This document shows, piece by piece, positions 59,864 to 64,000 of a stretch of DNA of 64,000 bases. The stretch is taken from IMG/VR virus record IMGVR_UViG_3300037424_001682, positions 14,115 to 78,114 of that record; one strand, 5' to 3'. Position 1 is the first letter of the stretch, and the number at the start of each line of letters is the position of its first letter. Position numbers and translations under genes: made by a program. The notes under the pieces are model-generated. The model did no database searches, had not been told where the DNA came from, and saw only the letters and a program-made list of their open reading frames with translations. Origin of the DNA: a virus (Duplodnaviria > Caudoviricetes).

Positions 59864-59938
59864 ACACTCGTAGCTCAGTCTGGTCAGAGCGGTAGGTTCC
59901 AGCCCTATGTGTCGTGCGTTCGAATCGTACCGAGTGTG
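59864..59938 (+). tRNA. tRNA-Trp(CCA)
   Basis: ACACTCG/CGAGTGT, G73, loop TTCCAGC. Confidence 0.88.
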
Positions 59939-60012
59939 CTCTCCAAAAACATAAATAAATTTAATAAATAGATGATGTTTTTGGAAACCCATAGTATTTA
60001 TAATAAAATATT

Positions 60013-60687
60013 ATGGAAAAAAAATGTTGTAAGTGTGGTTTATCTAAAGATTTAAAATCTTTCAGTAAAAACAAAAAAAAGAAAGATGGTTATAATTCTA
60101 CTTGTAAAGAATGTCATTCTAAATATAGAAAAGAACATTATAAAATAAATAAAGAAACCGTATTAAAACAGGTTATTAAATATAAAGAAGATAATCCTGA
60201 AAAATATATAACAAAATTTGCAAATAGAAAACCAAATAAAAAAGCGGGAAGAATAATAAAAGAAAAATGTTCTAATCCAAAATGTAATGTAATTGTTTAT
60301 ATTTCACTAAATGATATAAAAAATAAAACAAAAAGATATTGTTGTGATGAATGTAAACGCTGGAACTATCATCCATTAAATAGATATTTATATGATATAA
60401 AAAGGAGAGCAAAAAAAGCTAATTATAGTTTCAATTTAGATTTCAATTTTATAAAAGATTTACTTGAGGTTAAACAAAACAATAAATGTGCTATTACTAA
60501 TGTTGATATTGAATTTGGTAATAAAACAATCTTATATGAAACACCTTCATTGGACAGAATAGATAGTAAGAAAGGATATACGAAGGATAATGTTCAATGG
60601 GTTATGTTAGGTATTAATTATATGAAAATGAAATTTAGTAATGAAGAATTAATTAAAACGTTGAATTTAATTAAAGAAAATTATTAA
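60013..60687 (+). CDS. HNH/His-Cys-type homing endonuclease inside tRNA region
   Basis: CCKC...CKECH; CAIT; TPSLDRIDSKKGYTKDNVQWV...N.MK. Confidence 0.8.
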   Translation: MEKKCCKCGLSKDLKSFSKNKKKKDGYNSTCKECHSKYRKEHYKINKETVLKQVIKYKEDNPEKYITKFANRKPNKKAGRIIKEKCSNPKCNVIVYISLNDIKNKTKRYCCDECKRWNYHPLNRYLYDIKRRAKKANYSFNLDFNFIKDLLEVKQNNKCAITNVDIEFGNKTILYETPSLDRIDSKKGYTKDNVQWVMLGINYMKMKFSNEELIKTLNLIKENY

Positions 60688-61314
60688 TTAACACCAGAAG
60701 AAGCAATTAGAGTAAAATTAAAATATTTGGTTAACGATAAATCTTTTGTTAGTGCAGTTAAACATCTAAAAGATTTAATTTACTTAGAAACGAATAAAGC
60801 AGATATTATTGAAGCTATTAACAATAGTTCTGTTTTCAGTGATAGTGACAATATAAAAGAAAAATAAAATAATATTATATCTTTTTTGTAACCTAAATTA
60901 AATAAATTACGTATATAAAGATACAAATTGAGGGAAACCTAATCACCGGTAACTCGTAAGTGTTAACGTGGCACGTAGGCGTACTTGATTGATGTTCGTT
61001 TTAAAAATGAATGCAATTCAAGAGCATACTCGGTACAAGGCGACAATTTGTATTTTAATTATTAAATTATTTGAAAAATGAGTAACGAAAAAGATTTAAA
61101 AATCAAAAAATTAAAAAAATTAGTGTCTGTTTTAAATGATGCTTTGCTTGAAGCAAATAATATACTCAAAAAAAATAGATTACCAGAAATAACAAAGGAT
61201 ATTTCTGATATATATTAAAAACAATCTGGCATATCTAATAAAAGGTTCTACCAAACTAAGTAAAAAGATATTCGGATGACATCAATTGTGAAGTGGTAGC
61301 GTAGCATTGATGTT

Positions 61315-61386
61315 TAAATAGTCGTCTAAAGGGATTAAGACACCCCCGTTAAGGGGGAAATACGGGTTCGAATCCTGTCTATTTAG
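61315..61386 (+). tRNA. tRNA-like gene with 5-nt anticodon loop (GTTAA); identity undetermined
   Basis: Perfect TAAATAG/CTATTTA acceptor, G73, D and T arms, CCCCC-GTTAA-GGGGG. Confidence 0.55.
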
Positions 61387-61533
61387 CAAAAACTATTGCG
61401 ATGTAGTTGAAATAGGAAAGTCATCGTTTCCAACATATCAAGGGGTAATAGGCCATTATCTTTTGTTGGATGAAAGAAATGTTTAAAACTGATCCGAGTA
61501 CGTATAGGTGAGGTTTAGTTTTATAGACTAGAT

Positions 61534-61590
61534 GGCGACAACACCCTCGTATAGAGAGGGAGATTGCAGGTTCGATTCCTGTCGTCGCTA
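61534..61590 (+). ncRNA. Truncated tRNA-like element (anticodon and T arms intact)
   Basis: CCCTC-GTATAGA-GAGGG, GCAGG TTCGATT CCTGT; GGCGAC can pair with GTCGCT. Confidence 0.4.
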
Positions 61591-61678
61591 CTAATATAAA
61601 CATATACCCTTTTAAGGAGAAATTAAAACGTTTTGGCAGTAAAGTCTGCAATGTTTATTTAAAGTATTTATAATATAT

Positions 61679-61768
61679 TGCGGGGTGGAGAAGTTGGTAT
61701 CTCGCCTGTCTCATAAGCACGGAGTCCTGAAATACGGTTTAACGCTGGTTCGATTCCAGCCCCCGCTA
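61679..61768 (+). tRNA. tRNA-fMet-like (CAU) with long variable region
   Basis: TGCGGGGTGGAG...TGGTATCTCG 5' half like initiator tRNA, 1/72 mismatch, loop CTCATAA, about 21-nt variable region. Confidence 0.65.
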
Positions 61769-61955
61769 CTACTGATTCCCTCTTGTCCCTGTAAATCAAA
61801 CTTGAGGGTAGAGTATATATATTATATTGAATAGCATAGACGATCAATAAAACGCTGTAATTATTAGTTACTCCAAAAAAAAAGATATATATGGAATCTT
61901 TGAGTAATTACAAAGGGTGGAGAATCGGGAATCCCTCATATTCAATATAACAATT

Positions 61956-62288
61956 GGGGCATACTGGATTTGACAGTAGGTGATTAGTAAACAGTGCAAG
62001 TACAGGGAAGTTACTCTACCTGTTAATAATTGGTAACGAACAATAAGTGAAGCAGAAATGCTAATGGCTGCTTAATCCGTAAGGATTTTGTGGTATCAGA
62101 GAGTAAGGGTACAAGGTATCCTCTCTCATTTATAATTATGAACTTCTTTTTTTGTTTTTAGAAGATTTAATAAAAACAATTTGATGCAGGAATAAAATCC
62201 AAAGCAGTTATGCTTTAAATAACTAAACTTGTGAATGACTGTTTATTTATTACACTATTGGAGATGGGTTCGATTCCCATATGCTCCA
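61956..62288 (+). ncRNA. ssrA: tmRNA
   Basis: GGGGCAT/ATGCTCC acceptor with G3:U70, GGATTTGAC 5' motif, T-arm ATGGG TTCGATT CCCAT, tag-like region ending GCT GCT TAA. Confidence 0.9.
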
Positions 62289-62352
62289 CAAGTAATTGAT
62301 TATAAGTTATTTATAATAATAATAATAACATAGAAAAAAGTAAAAGAAATGG

Positions 62353-62553
62353 GTGATGGAAACCATATTGAGAAGTGTGGCTATTGGATACGCAAGGTTG
62401 TTTCCAGAGTTACTTGATCGTTATCATAAAGATGGCGATCAAACTATAGTAAAATTGATTGCTGAAAAATCAAAAAATAAATTTGAAAAAAATATTGTAG
62501 ATATTTGTAAATTAAAAGAAGATATTGTATTTTTACTGAAAAATGGACTATAA
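62353..62553 (+). CDS. Small hypothetical protein
   Basis: 66 aa ORF; start uncertain. Confidence 0.45.
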   Translation: MMETILRSVAIGYARLFPELLDRYHKDGDQTIVKLIAEKSKNKFEKNIVDICKLKEDIVFLLKNGL

Positions 62554-62591
62554 TGATCTAAAAAATAGATAAATTAAAAATTTTTAATACA

Positions 62592-62831
62592 ATGACAACT
62601 AACGAAATAAAAAAAGAATTATATAAACAAAATCCAAAAGCTAAATTTGATTTCATCAGGCAAGGATTAGCATATTATAAAGCAAAAATAACTGTAGAGA
62701 ATGAAGGTCAAATACCTTTCAATAAATTTATAACTTTTGAAGTTCCAATTTCTGATATGGGAAGTGCTGATTTCTTTGCTGAAATAGATGCAAAGCATCT
62801 AAATAGGTGGATTGTAAACGAAGAAAAATAA
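62592..62831 (+). CDS. Hypothetical protein
   Basis: 79 aa ORF. Confidence 0.6.
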   Translation: MTTNEIKKELYKQNPKAKFDFIRQGLAYYKAKITVENEGQIPFNKFITFEVPISDMGSADFFAEIDAKHLNRWIVNEEK

Positions 62832-63046
62832 TTTTGAAATATTATTGCGATTCTCATAGACATTTAGTATGTTTGCCATACAGTATTGAAAATCTACATA
62901 AAATGGCAGTAGATTTGAATATTAAAAAGGTGTGGTTCCACAAGAACCATTATGACATTCCAAAAAGAAGAATTGAAGAAATAATGGAAAAATGTGAAAT
63001 TGTTTCAAGTAAAGAAATTGTAAATATTATAAATGGAAAAAACTGA
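62807..63046 (+). CDS. DUF4031-like protein
   Basis: HLVC...SIENLH.MA..L.IK..WFH..HYDI; true start likely a few codons downstream. Confidence 0.7.
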   Translation: MDCKRRKIILKYYCDSHRHLVCLPYSIENLHKMAVDLNIKKVWFHKNHYDIPKRRIEEIMEKCEIVSSKEIVNIINGKN

Positions 63047-63344
63047 AATTAAAAATCTTGAAGATGCATTTGCATGGTTGGATTCCTTAAATGTTCAAGA
63101 CGTTCAAGAATGGTTAAATAATGATGAAGATAAAGCAGTTGGTCTTGCCCATCATGGTTTTGGTACTATGATTCGCAATGAATTAGATTTGTGGCATAAT
63201 GGTTCGATTGTCTCATATTTTAATAATTTAGGTATATATCATGCTGATGATATGAGTGGGATTATTTTAACTTCTTTTCATAGAAATAAAAATGGTAAAG
63301 AACTAAATATTGATGAGCAAGTAAATAAATATGTTGATTATTAG
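63033..63344 (+). CDS. Hypothetical protein
   Basis: HHGFGTMIRNELDLW ... GIYHADDMSGIILTSFHR pattern, 103 aa. Confidence 0.6.
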   Translation: MEKTEIKNLEDAFAWLDSLNVQDVQEWLNNDEDKAVGLAHHGFGTMIRNELDLWHNGSIVSYFNNLGIYHADDMSGIILTSFHRNKNGKELNIDEQVNKYVDY

Positions 63345-63393
63345 GAAAAAGTTGATCCTAAAGTAAATAAGGAAAAATATAAATAAAAATATC

Positions 63394-63687
63394 ATGAGTT
63401 GGTTTTTATCGGGTGATAATTATTGGGATGGGGGTAAAAAAAAATTGGAAGGTGTTCATTTAAGAATTAAACATAACACCAATAATGATGTTGTAAATAA
63501 AATATGTGAAAAATTTAATACAACAATATTTAATATTGGATATGTTAAATTAAATAAATATATCGAAAGCATTGATAGTTTTGAAATAAAATTATCGATT
63601 AATAAAAATAAAGAATTTTTGATTATTCCTTATAGTCCTGATTGGGTTTGTGAAGGATATTTAACAGAGATTTTAATTTTAAATTAG
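63394..63687 (+). CDS. Hypothetical protein
   Basis: 97 aa ORF. Confidence 0.5.
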   Translation: MSWFLSGDNYWDGGKKKLEGVHLRIKHNTNNDVVNKICEKFNTTIFNIGYVKLNKYIESIDSFEIKLSINKNKEFLIIPYSPDWVCEGYLTEILILN

Positions 63688-63836
63688 GTGAATATGATTA
63701 TTAATTACAAAATTTTCACATTTTAACAAAAACGAGTGGCGGTGGGTGTTAAAACATTTCAATAAGATTATTATCAAATAATATCAATTTTTATTGAATA
63801 TTTCAAAATATTTTAGTATTTATAATAAATTAAATT

Positions 63837-64000
63837 ATGAAACTATCTAAATGGGCAAAAGAGAAGGGTGTATCCTATATAACAGCATATCGATGGGCTA
63901 AAGCGGGTGAAATTGAAGGTGTCCAATTTATGAAATCTGGCACTATTTTAGTAAATGAAACTAAATCAAATAATAAAAATAATCCAAATGTAGTTGTTTA
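63837..64000 (+). CDS. tnpA: Second IS607 TnpA, 3'-truncated by window edge
   Basis: MKLSKWAKEKGVSYITAYRWAKAGEI... MerR-like HTH typical of IS607 recombinases; AGTATTTATA upstream. Confidence 0.75.
   Translation, partial: MKLSKWAKEKGVSYITAYRWAKAGEIEGVQFMKSGTILVNETKSNNKNNPNVVV

Noticed and set aside
59169-59992. Listed short ORFs 59169-59357, 59462-59671, 59810-59992 and 61421-61651
   Set aside because: They overlap tRNA genes and have no protein features
1-64000. Stop-codon reassignment (TAG or TGA recoding) as in some large phages
   Set aside because: Core genes are intact in the standard code, and TAA, TAG and TGA all end plausible genes; tRNA-Trp has CCA, not UCA

Overview
An AT-rich 64 kb segment of a large T4-like (myovirus-type) phage genome read in the standard code, probably infecting Bacteroidota (host-type TAnnTTTG promoters, no Shine-Dalgarno motifs evident). 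It carries the head and packaging module (major capsid, scaffold, prohead protease, portal, large terminase), neck, tail and baseplate genes, and a UvrD-like helicase. Selfish elements are dense: eight inteins (four in the portal), an IS607 element plus a solo TnpB and a second partial IS607 TnpA, and several homing-type endonucleases. The right third holds two divergent tRNA clusters and a tmRNA. Main finding: each tRNA cluster is preceded by a promoter, an unannotated leader peptide and a terminator/antiterminator, and the control codons of each leader are exactly the amino acids of the tRNAs downstream (HQPQHQPQ before Pro/Pro/His/His/Gln; VVLVVDAVAAMLWLEDDAE before Leu/Ala/Val/Met/Glu/Asp/Trp). 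This suggests phage tRNA operons switched on by ribosome-stalling attenuation. Second finding: a small integron-like cassette array with attC-like sites at 4.3-5.35 kb. All calls come from reading motifs by eye; no database search, folding program or tRNA scanner was run, so novelty is not verified.
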